A stretch of DNA of 64,000 bases from Octopus sinensis (lineage: Eukaryota): positions 10,664,001 to 10,728,000 of the forward strand of contig NC_043000.1 in the NCBI RefSeq assembly GCF_006345805.1. Direction: 5' to 3'. The position numbers were made by a program, and so were the translations under genes. Every line of letters starts with the position of its first letter. Position 1 is the stretch's first letter. The notes under the pieces were generated by a model. It made no database searches, was not told where the DNA came from, and saw only the letters and a list, made by a program, of their open reading frames with translations. This document shows, in pieces, positions 12,380 to 23,624 of the stretch.

Positions 12380-13030
12380 GTTTCTTGCTCTATGCTAAAG
12401 AGGAGCTAACTGGTTATTCACATTTTAGAAGAGTGGGTGGGGGTGATTAGGGGTGGTGCTGGGAAGAGGTAAAAGCTGTGATAAGGTGTTTGAATGGACC
12501 CTCAAGGTGTGAGGTGAGTGGGGATAGGGGAACTGGGTAGAAGTTGCCAGGGTGTATGGGAGAGAGAAATTAGAAATGTGTGACTATGTGTGTGAATATA
12601 TTGAACAAAGAACAAGTTTTAAGGGCTGAGTGAAGAGCAGCAGAATAGTAATATTGATACAGTAGGCAAAGGAGAAATGATGTGATTGGGTAGATTGCCA
12701 GGGTGGGAGAAAGAGAGGCAAGCATAGTGTGAGAGATGTCTGGTAGTGCAGAGGGAAAATAGCATGTTAGTTCAGTAGAATGATCAGTGTGAAATGTGGG
12801 TGGAGAGGACTATATAAGGATGAAGAATGGGTACCAAGTAAAATTGGTTCCAGACAGAGAGAAAGAATTGTGATATCAAAGAAAAGATACTGTATAAGAG
12901 ATGATGGGTGGTGAGGGTGTCTTCTAGAGGAAATTGGGAGAGGGGCCCAGTTGTGCATGTATACAAACACCCTGTTTAAAGAAATTAGTTTTGCTAATTT
13001 GTATGGGTGTTCTTGTGAATTGAATATCTC
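12380..13030 (-). mobile_element. Possible highly decayed retroelement fragment (G-rich, Penelope-like composition)
   Basis: Purine/G-rich strand bias similar to the Penelope-like element at 60205-61110; no clean reading frame. Confidence 0.3.
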
Positions 13031-13079
13031 CACATCCTTCACCACTTTGTCTGTGTTCCTCTTTTGAAAAATCCATCCT

Positions 13080-13400
13080 CTTTAAGTGATCAGCACATCT
13101 TTATACAGCCGTTCTTGTCCCTACACATGTCCATATCTACAGGGTTTTCTTTCTTGCATATTACATCTGCTACCTCTTATGCTGATCTCAGCACAATTAT
13201 ACTTTGTCTTTCATGAACACTTACATTGCACATCCAATGGAGCATGCTCACGTCCTTTCTTTCCAGTCTCCTCAAATCCTCTGCATTCAAGACCCATATC
13301 TCACAGCCAAACAGCTTGCAGTTCTAACACAAGCTTCGTACAATCTGCCCTTTATTCTATAGGAAATAACTTTTGTTGCCAGTAGTGACAGTAGCTCCCA
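13080..13400 (-). mobile_element. Decayed RTE-clade LINE fragment (post-RT region)
   Basis: Minus strand reads KGRLYEACVRT... and is alignable by eye, with stops, to the EASMLCWMCNVSVH region of the RTE fragment at 43091-43372. Confidence 0.65.
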
Positions 13401-14499
13401 TACACACTTATATTGTCCATCCAATAGAGTATACTCACTCCATTTTTTTTTCTTCCAGTTTTTTTAACAGTCCATTTTCTCTAGACCATTCTTACCCTGG
13501 CTGCAGTACTTTCAGGAGCAACCATTTCCTCTACTAATTTACATCTAATTAACAAAGATTGCCAACTACTTCTAGTGAGTCAACTAGGCATTTAAGAGAA
13601 CCAGTTCCTGGTGTGCCCGTGATATGAACTGCTTCAGTTCAACTAACCAGCTTACATTCTCTGTTAGTCTGCTTGTGAGTCCACTGCACTTTTTGTGTGT
13701 CCATAGCCTACAAGACACAGAGTATAGAATTTATATCTACTCCTTTTCTAGTTAACAAATAAGGCCACTCCCCTAAGGATAAAAAGATTGTTTCTCCCTT
13801 TAGATTCAGCTCTGAGAACTAGATTGTCAACATATTGAAGTTCCCATGACCACTCAGTATTATTAAACTCCTTTGTGATGGACTGTAAAACTATGATGAA
13901 TATAAGACTACACATACATACATAGATACACAAAAACGTATATATGCACACACGCATATATATATAGTGTTGTTGTAGATTGCATATCTAGGACTACTCT
14001 ATCCACTGTGTTCTTTCGTTTTAAGATAAACTTGACTGCTACTTTTAGCTGACTAAATGACAATTTAGAGGCTTTCTCATTGACTTACAATCAGTATGTT
14101 AGAATAAATAAACAGTGGAGAAGGCAATGGAGCTCAGTTTACTCTGTAATTTGATCAACCACTTATAACTTACAACTAGAGACAGATATAAATGGCTGAG
14201 GCTCTTGTCAACTTAATCAATGACCACATCAACCATAGAGTCAAGAAAATATCTCCTTCTCCAAAGGCCACAACCTTGAGTCGTTACATTTAAGAAAAGA
14301 GATGTAGTTGATCAGCTACACTTCCTTTGTCAAATGTAGTGAATGTAAAATTATATTTAACACCTTTATATATATTCAAACGTGGTAAGACCTTTCAGTG
14401 TTGAAATAGCCTGGTGAAAGATTTTATTCAAAGTCCAATGTGTTTTCACACATTACCTAAGAGGATAGATTTCTTCTTGGACTGTTTCCACTTCAAACC

Positions 14500-14730
14500 A
14501 GGTTATGTGTGTGTTTACAAGCGAAACACCTAAGCTCCACGTAGCTCTGGCAGATGGTAATGGCGAACTTCTGCTGACTCTTTTGCCACAACTTTCCCTC
14601 ACTCTTTCCTCCTGCATCAAGCAGCTCACCTGTAATGGATCGGTGTCCCGTACAGGTGGGGAACCTATACGCTATTGAAACCAGGAAACCGGCCCTTATG
14701 AGCCAGGTATGGCTCGAGAAGGAACAAACA
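14500..14730 (-). mobile_element. SINE fragment (family D)
   Basis: Similar to 30912-31270 (aagttgtggcaaaagagtcagcagaagttcgcc matches aagttgtggtgaaagagtactgctagagttcacc). Confidence 0.6.
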
Positions 14731-14768
14731 TCATATATATATACATATATATATATATACATATAGTT

Positions 14769-14957
14769 AATCCAAACATGAAAACATAAAGAGAAAACAC
14801 AACAATACGAGGATGTAGAACAAGTATAGTGTTATTGGACTCTCGGGAAAGGAAAGAAAGAAGGAGGATTTAACGTTTCGAGCGGAGCTCTTTGTCAGAA
14901 ACATAGAGGAAGGGAAGACGGAGAAAGAAAATCGCCAACGATACACGCAGTCACATA
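14769..14957 (-). mobile_element. Solo Penelope-type terminal repeat carrying a hammerhead-like motif (14871-14898)
   Basis: Minus strand gtttCTGACAAAGAGCTCCGCTCGAAACGTTaaat; same architecture as motifs at 35766 and 60285. Confidence 0.55.
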
Positions 14958-14959
14958 TT

Positions 14960-15345
14960 TTATATATATAAAGCTGAAGTTGTCTGTGTGTGGCAGGTTT
15001 GGTAGCCTTCAACTAACACTATCTCCTCCGAGACCATGCAGTGCAAGTTGACCAAAATTGAGAGTATGATAGAAGAAGGCTTGCTCTTCCTTCCATAGAA
15101 GATAAAATTCAAATCGGACCATGTTAAGACCAAAAATTATTTACATGAAAAAGGTGCTTTTTTTCTATGAAAATCCCTATTTTCTACGATTTTTTTTACT
15201 GCTGTGTCACCATTTTTCAGTGTATTTCAACCAAATGTTCACTTAAAGAGAATAACAAGCTACATAATGCAAAATTTTTACTTTTCAAAATTTCCAATTC
15301 TAAAGGGTCGAAACAAATCCAAGTAATGCCGGGCGATACTGCTAG
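14960..15345 (+). mobile_element. Non-autonomous Helitron-like element
   Basis: Starts tatatatataaagctgaagttgtctgtg, ends GC-rich gccgggcgatactgCTAG|t; no TIRs or TSD, which are Helitron hallmarks. Confidence 0.6.
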
Positions 15346-15802
15346 TATATATATATCTGTACATATAACATATATAGTTGGGTAATGGTGGTTTGTAAAC
15401 AGTATAGAAAAGTAAATATAAAAAGTCAATAGTTGCACACAGAAATTATATGTATGTAAGCATAGAAACATTTGGATATTGATGATTGACAGACAATACA
15501 TGAAATTACAAGAAGTTGAACAATTATTCATACAAAACTGTGTATATATGTGTTTGTGTGTGTGTCTATACACCCACTCTCATTCATACACACTCATATA
15601 TGAAGTGTAATGATTGATAGCAACTATTGACAAATACAAGAATGATGAACAGCTGTACACAGAAAGCTATATATACAATAAGGTAATAAGTGACTGACAC
15701 AGATTAACAGAAAGGTCAACAGTTATACATTAAAAACTAATTCATTTAGTACAAGACAATTAAAAGGTCAAATGACTTAACTTTTAAAAAACTATAGGCA
15801 TA

Positions 15803-16185
15803 GGCGCAGGAGTGGCTGTGTGGTAAGTAGCTTGCTAACCAACCACATGGTTCCGGGTTCAGTCCCACTGCGTGGCATCTTGGGCAAATGTCTTCTGCTA
15901 TAGCCCCGGGTCGACCAATGCCTTGTGAGTGGATTTGGTTGACGGAAACTGAAAGAAGCCTGTCGTATATATGTATATATACATATATATGTGTGTTTGT
16001 CCCCCTAGCATTGCTTGACAACCGATGCTGGTGTGTTTACGTCCCCGTCACTTAACGGTTCGGCAAAAGAGACCAATAGAATAAGTACTGGGCTTACAAA
16101 GAATAAGTCCCGGGGTCGATTTGCTTGACTAAAAGGCGGTGCTCCAACATGGCCGCAGTCAAATGACTGAAACAAGTAAAAGAGT
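15803..16185 (+). mobile_element. tRNA-derived SINE (family B) with internal (TA/TG)n
   Basis: Head ggcgcaggagtggctgtgtggtaag...ggttcagtccc (A/B-box-like), tail cagtcaaatgactgaaacaagtaaaagag; near-identical to 21048-21480. Confidence 0.85.
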
Positions 16186-16573
16186 ATAGCTGTGAGGTAA
16201 GAAACTTGCTTCCCAACAACATGGTTCTGGTTTCAGTCTCACTGCATGACACTTTAAGCAAATGTTTTCTACTATAACTCTGAACTGACCAAACCCTTGT
16301 GTGGATTTGGTAGATGGAAACTGAAAGAAGCCTATTGTACGTATGTGTGTATACATATATATATATCATCATCATCGATGATATATATATGTGTGTTTGT
16401 GTGTGTCTTTGTGTCTGTCCCCTGCCACCACTTGACAACTGGTATTGGTGTGTTTACATCCCAGGAACTTAGTGATTTAAGAAAAGAGAACAACAGAATA
16501 AGTATTGTCTTAAAAAAACAATAGGTATTGGGCTTGATTCATTCAACTAAAAATTCTTCAAGGCAGTGCCCAT

Positions 16574-16928
16574 GGCGTAGGAGTGACTGTGTGGTAAGTA
16601 GCTTGCTTACCAATCACATGGTTTTGGGTTCAGTCCTACTGCATGGCACCTTGGGCAAGTGTCTTCCACTATAGCCTCAAGCCAACCAAAGCCTTGTGAG
16701 TGGATTTGTTCGACGGAAACTGAATGGATATATATGGGTGTGTGTGTGTGTATTTGTGTGTCTGTGTTTGTCCCCACAACATTGCTTCACAACCGATGCT
16801 GGTGTGTTTACGTCCCCGTAACTTAGCGGTTCGGCAAAAGAGACTGATAGAATAAGTACTAGGCTAACAAAGAATAAGTCCTGGGGTCGATTTGCTCGCT
16901 TAAATGACTGAAACAAGTAAAAGAGTAT
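16574..16928 (+). mobile_element. Family-B SINE
   Basis: Same head, body and tail as 15803-16185. Confidence 0.8.
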
Positions 16929-17260
16929 AAAAGTTAAAAGAAAATATTATGTATGTGCATTTAAAATTTCGGTTTTACAATGTACAAAAAAGAAAAGAAA
17001 TTGTAGAAAATGAGAAATAATCTAATAAATATAAGAAAAAGAGGGGTAATAGTATTGCCTTTTGTCTCCTCAATCTCTACTTATGTTATTGTTCACATAT
17101 ATTTAATTGTAATTATATACACATTTCACCCAAGCTTTACTATATTTTATATCCAATATATCAATTATTATAATCCCTTATATAATTAAGTCATTTGCAG
17201 GGGCGTACATTCTGGGTGTGATAGCACTACCAATCGCAAATGGCAAATTCATCACTCTTT

Positions 17261-17630
17261 ACTCTTTTACTTGTTTTAGTCATTTGACTGTGGCCATGCT
17301 GGATCACCGCCTTTAGTCGAGCAAATCGACCCCGGGACTTATTCTTTGTAAGCCTAGTACTTATTCTATCAGTCTCTCTGCTAAGTTATGGGGATGTAAA
17401 CACAACAGCATCAGTTGTCAAGTGATGTTGGGTGGGGGACAAACACACAAATATATATACATATATACGACAGGCTTCTTTCAGTTTCCGTCTACCAAAT
17501 CCACTCACAAGGCTTTGGTCGGCCTGAGGCTATAGTAGAAGACACTTGCCCAAGGTGCCACGCAGTGGGAATGAACCCGGAACTATGTGGTTGACAAGCA
17601 AGATATTTACCACACAGCCACTCCTGCGCT
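17261..17630 (-). mobile_element. Family-B SINE, inverted relative to 16574-16928
   Basis: Reverse complement of family-B consensus, ending ...ccacacagccactcctgcgct. Confidence 0.85.
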
Positions 17631-18519
17631 CATTAATTTAATCACAAATCTTAATGGAAAACTTAATGGAAAGCTATACCCTTGCTTACAATTTGGTGGT
17701 ATTGGGCGTGGCAGCACACTCAATATAACAACCACCATATGTCACTGGATATTTATTTGTTAACTAGATAATCAATTTTAAACCAATTTTTAAAAATTCT
17801 GAATGCTTGGTGTTCAAAAAACCAAAAACAATCACAAAAAAAAACGAAAACTATTTAAAACAAACAAAAAAAACATTAAAAAATTGAGGAGAGTTTTAAA
17901 ACCATATGCTAATAGTAATAAATGTCCCATAAATACCAGTTCTATTTATTAGGTAACCTACAAAACCTTTGTAGCTAGCACTTTGAATTCATTCACTCTG
18001 ATTCTGTTGCAGTTCAAAATGTAACTTCCCGGCTTGACATAATGGCTGTTGTTAATTCTCTCTTCTGTTGCCTTCCGCAAATTCCACTGAACAAGCGTTT
18101 TCACTTTATGATGAAAATCAGAAGAAAGCTTAGATTAAATTACTTGATGTTATTACTAAGAAAGTAGCATAGAGAAAGCCTTAAAGTAAGTCTCCGATTT
18201 AATTCAATTTTCTGTTAGAAGGAAGAATAACTTTGGAAATCGTTATCTTATTTACCTCCCTTGAACTTTACATTCGGTGTAAAACGATAATTCAAATATT
18301 CTAAATTTGCTCGTTTACTTGTTTCAGTCATTTGACTGCGGCCATGCTGGAGCACCGCCTTTAGTCGATCAAATGGACCCCAGGACTTATTCTTTGTAAG
18401 TCTAGTACTTATTCTATTGGTCTCTTTTGCTGAACCGCTAAGTTACGGGAACGAAAACATACCAGCATCGTTATCAATATACCATACCATTTATTGGAAA
18501 AACCACCTTGTGACAAATC

Positions 18520-18880
18520 ATCATCATCGGTTAACGTCTGCTTTCCATGCTGGCATGAGTTGGACGATTTGACTGAGGACTGGCGAACCAGATGGCTGCA
18601 CCGGGCTCCAATCTGATCTGGCAGAGTTTCTACAGCTGGATGCCCTTCCTAACGCCAACCACTCTGAGAGTGTAGTGGGTGCTTTTATGTGCCACCGGCA
18701 CAGGGGCCAGTAAGACAGTACTGGCAACGGCCTCGCTCAAATGTTTTTTTCACGTGCCAGTAAGGCGATGCTGGTAACAATCACGCTCGAATGGTGCCTT
18801 TTACGTGCTGCCGGCACGGAGACCAGATAGCCGCTCTGGCAACGACCACGCTCGGATGGTGCTCTTAGCACCCCACTAGC
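18520..18880 (-). mobile_element. Family-C SINE (GAT-repeat tail)
   Basis: catcatcatcggttaacgtctgctttccatgctggcatg...ctacagctggatgcccttcctaacgccaaccactc. Confidence 0.85.
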
Positions 18881-19084
18881 ACAATGTAGAGAATATTTCT
18901 AATCTTGGTAACATTCATAAGTTCCAACACATGGAATATTCCTATCAAATTACCCATCAATTGCATAAACAACAGGCTTGATATTGTTGCTTTGGTCAGA
19001 GAACAAAAATTATGTACTGTTTATAAGGGTCAGCTGCCCAGTAGATATGAAAATTTCTTACAAAGTCATTGAGAAAGACAACAT

Positions 19085-19600
19085 TAATAATAATAATAAT
19101 AATAATAATTGTGTACAGTGCTCAGGTGCACTACAACTCATCTAAAGTGTATATATAATCAGGTGTAGTTTCGGCGGATTTCGGAAAGCATGAAGGCCTT
19201 AAAGAATGCAATGTCATGGCAGTCAACAACTGACGCAGGCAGTTTATTCCATGCTTCAGCAACTCTGAGCGTGAAAAAATGTTTCCGAAAGTCATGGGAG
19301 CTGTGCTGTTTTCTGACTTTGTAGGCATGTCCACGTGTGTTAGACACATGGAGATCAAAAAGGTGTTCAGTGTTGTTGTTGGTGAGGTGGTTGATAACCT
19401 TGTGGGTGTTTACCAAGTCCGTCGCCAGACGCCGGAGCTTCAGTGAATCCATGCCCAGGGAAACAAGGCGCTCAGAATATGGTAGGTGTCTGATGGAGGG
19501 TATGCGTTTGGTTGCACGTCTCTGGACAGATTCCAGGAGGTCAATGTTCTGAGCAAGATAGGGATTAATGGACAACAACTATGAAACCTCTAACATATAT
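19085..19600 (-). mobile_element. 5'-truncated CR1-clade LINE (C-terminus of ORF2 plus 3' UTR and ATT-repeat tail)
   Basis: ORF 19159-19578 contains LLESVQRRATKRIP...LPYSERL..LGMDSLKLRRL..DLV.THK and TRGHAYK...RKHFFTLRVAEAWNKLP, typical of the CR1 ORF2 C-terminus; (aat)n at 19085-19110. Confidence 0.9.
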
Positions 19601-21047
19601 ATCCTAGGAGTACATCATACCCATAGTTATATCCTAGGAGTACATCATATTGACTTTGATGTAGTTTGAACTCATGACTGTAGGTTGTTGATGTATTATA
19701 ATTGTGTCATTTGAAACGAGCTAATTCAATATGTAACAGTTAACTATGCAACTCACAAAACTGAACACATTTTTTTATTTAAATATGATAAATCTGATTT
19801 AGTTTCACAATGATCATGGATATTAAACCAAGGCCCTCACTACAATTTTATGGAACTGCTAATTGAAATAATAGGTTGTATGGAGACATGACCAAAATAT
19901 TTTTATAAACTGCCATCTTAATGTAACTAAGATATTTCTGTCATCACATAAATTTAGAAACCTTTAAATATTCAACTATGCATAGTGATAATCAAATTGC
20001 AGTCACACATGTCAAAGTTTATCAACCTTCTGTTGAAAGATAATTAAGTCCTAATAGACAATATTAACTACAATTTTATAAAGCTTCACATATGAACATT
20101 CTGTAAGCATAATTCGGAAGATTCAAATCTCTTGATTAAAAAAAAAATCACATTAAAAGTTTTATCATCATCATCATTGTTTTAACATCCACTTTACTAC
20201 CCCTGTATGGGTCAGACAAAACTTACTGAAATAGATCTTTCACGGTCAGATGCCCCACCTATTGCCAACCCTCATCTGCTTTCAAACAAGATATTTCCTT
20301 ATGACTAGACATGTTTATGTATGTTGTAAACCCAAACTCGAATATCAAAGTTTAAAAGGTTTTAATCGGCTAAAAATAAAGCAATATACAATACAAACAA
20401 AGATTGCTAAATTGTAAGCAAAACCAAACTTCAATGCAATAACATTTTTTATGCAGCGAGTTTCTACATTCTCGACTAACTTATATCAACGCTGAACATG
20501 TTGTCAGCAAACAGAACAGAACTCTGCAGTTGCACTGCAGGCATATAATAGCAATCGAGACAATCAAAATCACGTAATCAAAACTAAAATCATAACATTT
20601 GCATAGAATTTTGGAATACTGCTTGCATCAGTTTTAATAAAGCATTTCATATTTTAGATTACATGTTAACAGTAATTTGATAGATTAAGAAATATATTTT
20701 AACAAAGATTATTAGAGAGATTATGTGTTCCTTGTTAACATGGATTATTTTGAAGATAACATTTGCATTTCATGTTCCATGAAAATAATTCAATAGAGAT
20801 TTTCAAATAACGATTTACCGGACTAAAGAGATCTGAGCATTTTACATTTGAAGTTCTATTTTACCATGAATTAAATGGATTTTACATTTCTCTATTGGTT
20901 TTACATTTTGCCACAAGGCCAATAATATTAGGGGAAGGGGTAAGTCGACTGGTACATATTTAGTGATCCTGAAAGGATGAAAGGCAAAGTCAACCTTGGT
21001 GAAATTTGAACTCAGAACATAAAAGACAGATGAAATGTTGCTAAATA

Positions 21048-21218
21048 GGCGCAGGAGTGGCTGTGTGGTAAGTAGCTTGCTAACCAACTACATGGTTCCG
21101 GGTTCAGTCCCACTGCGTGGCATCTTGGGCAAGTGTCTTCTGCTATAGCCCCAGGCCGACCAATGCCTTGTGAGTGGATTTGGTAGACGGAAACTGAAAG
21201 AAGCCTGTCGTATATATG

Positions 21219-21268
<50 letters not shown>

Positions 21269-21480
21269 TATGTCTGTGTTTGTCCCCCTAGCATTGCTTG
21301 ACAACCGATGCTGGTGTGTTTACGTCCCCGTCACTTAGCGGTTTGGCAAAAGAGACCGATAGAATAAGTACTGGGCTTACAAAGAATAAGTCCCGGGGTC
21401 GATTTGCTCGACTAAATGCGGTGCTCCAGCATGGCCGCAGTCAAATGACTGAAACAAGTAAAAGAATAAAAAGAATAAAA
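21048..21480 (+). mobile_element. Young family-B SINE with internal (TA)n(TG)n
   Basis: Full-length consensus-like copy; adjoins an inverted family-A fragment at ~20900-21045. Confidence 0.85.
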
Positions 21481-22566
21481 CAGTTTGCCTGGTGTGCTAA
21501 AGGTTCTGCCAGCTTACCACCTTATATACATTTCTATATTAAGAAACTGTTCATGGAACTGAACATCTGGAATTGCTCAAGCAATCTAAATGTCCCTTCT
21601 TATATTAAGTCTCAAACTATCAAACCAATGAAGGAGCCTCTATGTAGTTGCTCAGCCAGTTAGAAATAACAGCCAAATCTCCCTCAAATCATGCCTACTG
21701 CTTTAGAAAAAAGTGTGAGGGCATGCAATATAGTCTTAGATCAATGATGGGCAACGTTTTTTGAAACACAAGCTGAATGAGACATGACTTATTATCAGGC
21801 AGGCCACATGGCTGAAAAAATTGGTATGCCATTCAAGAAGTCCTACTGATTGCAGTTTAGTTGTGACTGCCCTAGATATACAAAAAAAAAGAGAGGCTAG
21901 TCATGAGCAGAACATCTCTGATTTAAGCCCTGCTCAGTGAGAAGTGACCCAAGGTTAAACAGCAACTCGCAACTGAAAAAAGTCACTATTTTCAATTTGT
22001 AAGAAAAATATAGGAAATATCCAGATGCACAATCTGTTTCTCAATAACCACTCTATATCCTTCAGTAACCACACTATTATTTAACTTTCTAGTGAGGTTG
22101 AAATAATAAAGCATATGGTCAAAATTTGAATCCAATTTAATACCTCACCTACATGAAAGACCCTTCCCATCACTCAAAACACTGAGATTTGTTGCCACAT
22201 ATTGCAATTAGAATCACATTTACATCAAGAGCAAAATATATCAGATAAGACTATCAATCATAAGTCAGTTGTTAGTCGACCTTAAGTCAGTTCCATGGTC
22301 AAAGGCATTCTAGTGATGACCATCCCTCTGTTTTGTATATAATGAACTACATAGTTTGATTATCTTCACTATTCATGAAGGAAGGGTGTGATCCATGGGA
22401 GAATTAGCTGCTACATCTAGCAGGTCATGCTACTGTGTAGAAGCTTCTATATTATCTTGCTGCCAATAAAATGTAACTGAGCTGATTAGATGTTCAGCTT
22501 AAATCACAAGTCAGTACTTAGCAGTCGACCACAGGTATAAAAACTATGTACTCGTTACAGCATCAC

Positions 22567-22833
22567 CTTACTGGCACTTTGCCAGTGGTACGTGAAAAAA
22601 CATTCGAGCGAGGTCATTGCCAGTACCGCCTGACTGGCTCCCGTGCTGGTGGCACGTAAAAGCACCCACTACACTCTTGGAGTGGTTGGCGTTAGGAAGG
22701 GCATCCAGCTGTAGAAACTCTACTAAATCAAGATTGGAGCCTGGTGCAGCCATCTGGTTAGCCAGTCCTCAGTGAAATCGTCTAACCCATGCTAGCATGG
22801 AAAGCGGACGTTAAACGATGATGATAATGATGA
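22567..22833 (+). mobile_element. Family-C SINE
   Basis: aaaagcacccactacactcttggagtggttggcgttaggaagggcatccagc...ggacgttaaacgatgatgataatgatg. Confidence 0.85.
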
Positions 22834-23624
22834 TGTACTCATCAAGCGAAATTCTTCTTAAAGCTGGGGCAATATCGCTGTAATAAGTAACAATGAAAAG
22901 GGAAAAGGGAGAGAGAATAAAGGATGACGCTGACCAAGTAATACATATTATGTTGAAGCCATTTAAAACATTGAACACAACTCATAAACCCTTCATAATC
23001 TCTTTGTGGATCCACCACCACCACCACTACCAGGGGGTTTGCGAACCCATGCTAAAAGCCGCTACCGCTACCTTGGGGACTAAGCAACAGGCATATAAAA
23101 ATAGTCCCGACAGGTGGAGAAAACACATGGTCTGAGTGCAATATTTCACTTCATACAATTAATGTTAATATGGTCTTCAGGTAGGCAGAGACATAGTATA
23201 TTTAAAACAACAGATCTGCTCGATCGGGAGTTACACAACGACACCCTGTCATCTGATCTGACGTGGAACAATTCATCTAAAACAACCTATAAGTTCAATT
23301 GGCTATATCTCCTCCAGAAAAATTAGTGCCGTGTCACCTACGAAATTAGTATAGCTGTGTGAATGTGTCTATAGCTACAAAAGCAACAATCAATATCAGA
23401 TTAATAAAATATCGAATTTAAGATTATATTCTCTGTTATTCCATCTGGTTACTAAATAAAGCAACGAAACAACGTGTCAATGGAAGATCTTTACGGGGAT
23501 CACTCGAGGAAGGGACCTTTTGCGCGATTGCTCAATCCGTTAGAAATAGCAGACAAATAGCCCTCGAATAACCCCATCGATGTCTTAAAAAAAGAACACT
23601 TTGGATAACTGAATCATGCACATA

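Noticed and set aside
15803-15880. tRNA genes at SINE heads (also 21048, 31200-31270, 49150)
   Set aside because: Only A/B-box-like remnants; no full cloverleaf, and each continues into a SINE body
19598-19652. 20-bp direct repeat tatcctaggagtacatcata as the CR1 target-site duplication
   Set aside because: Both copies lie on the same side of the LINE, so it is a local duplication and not a TSD
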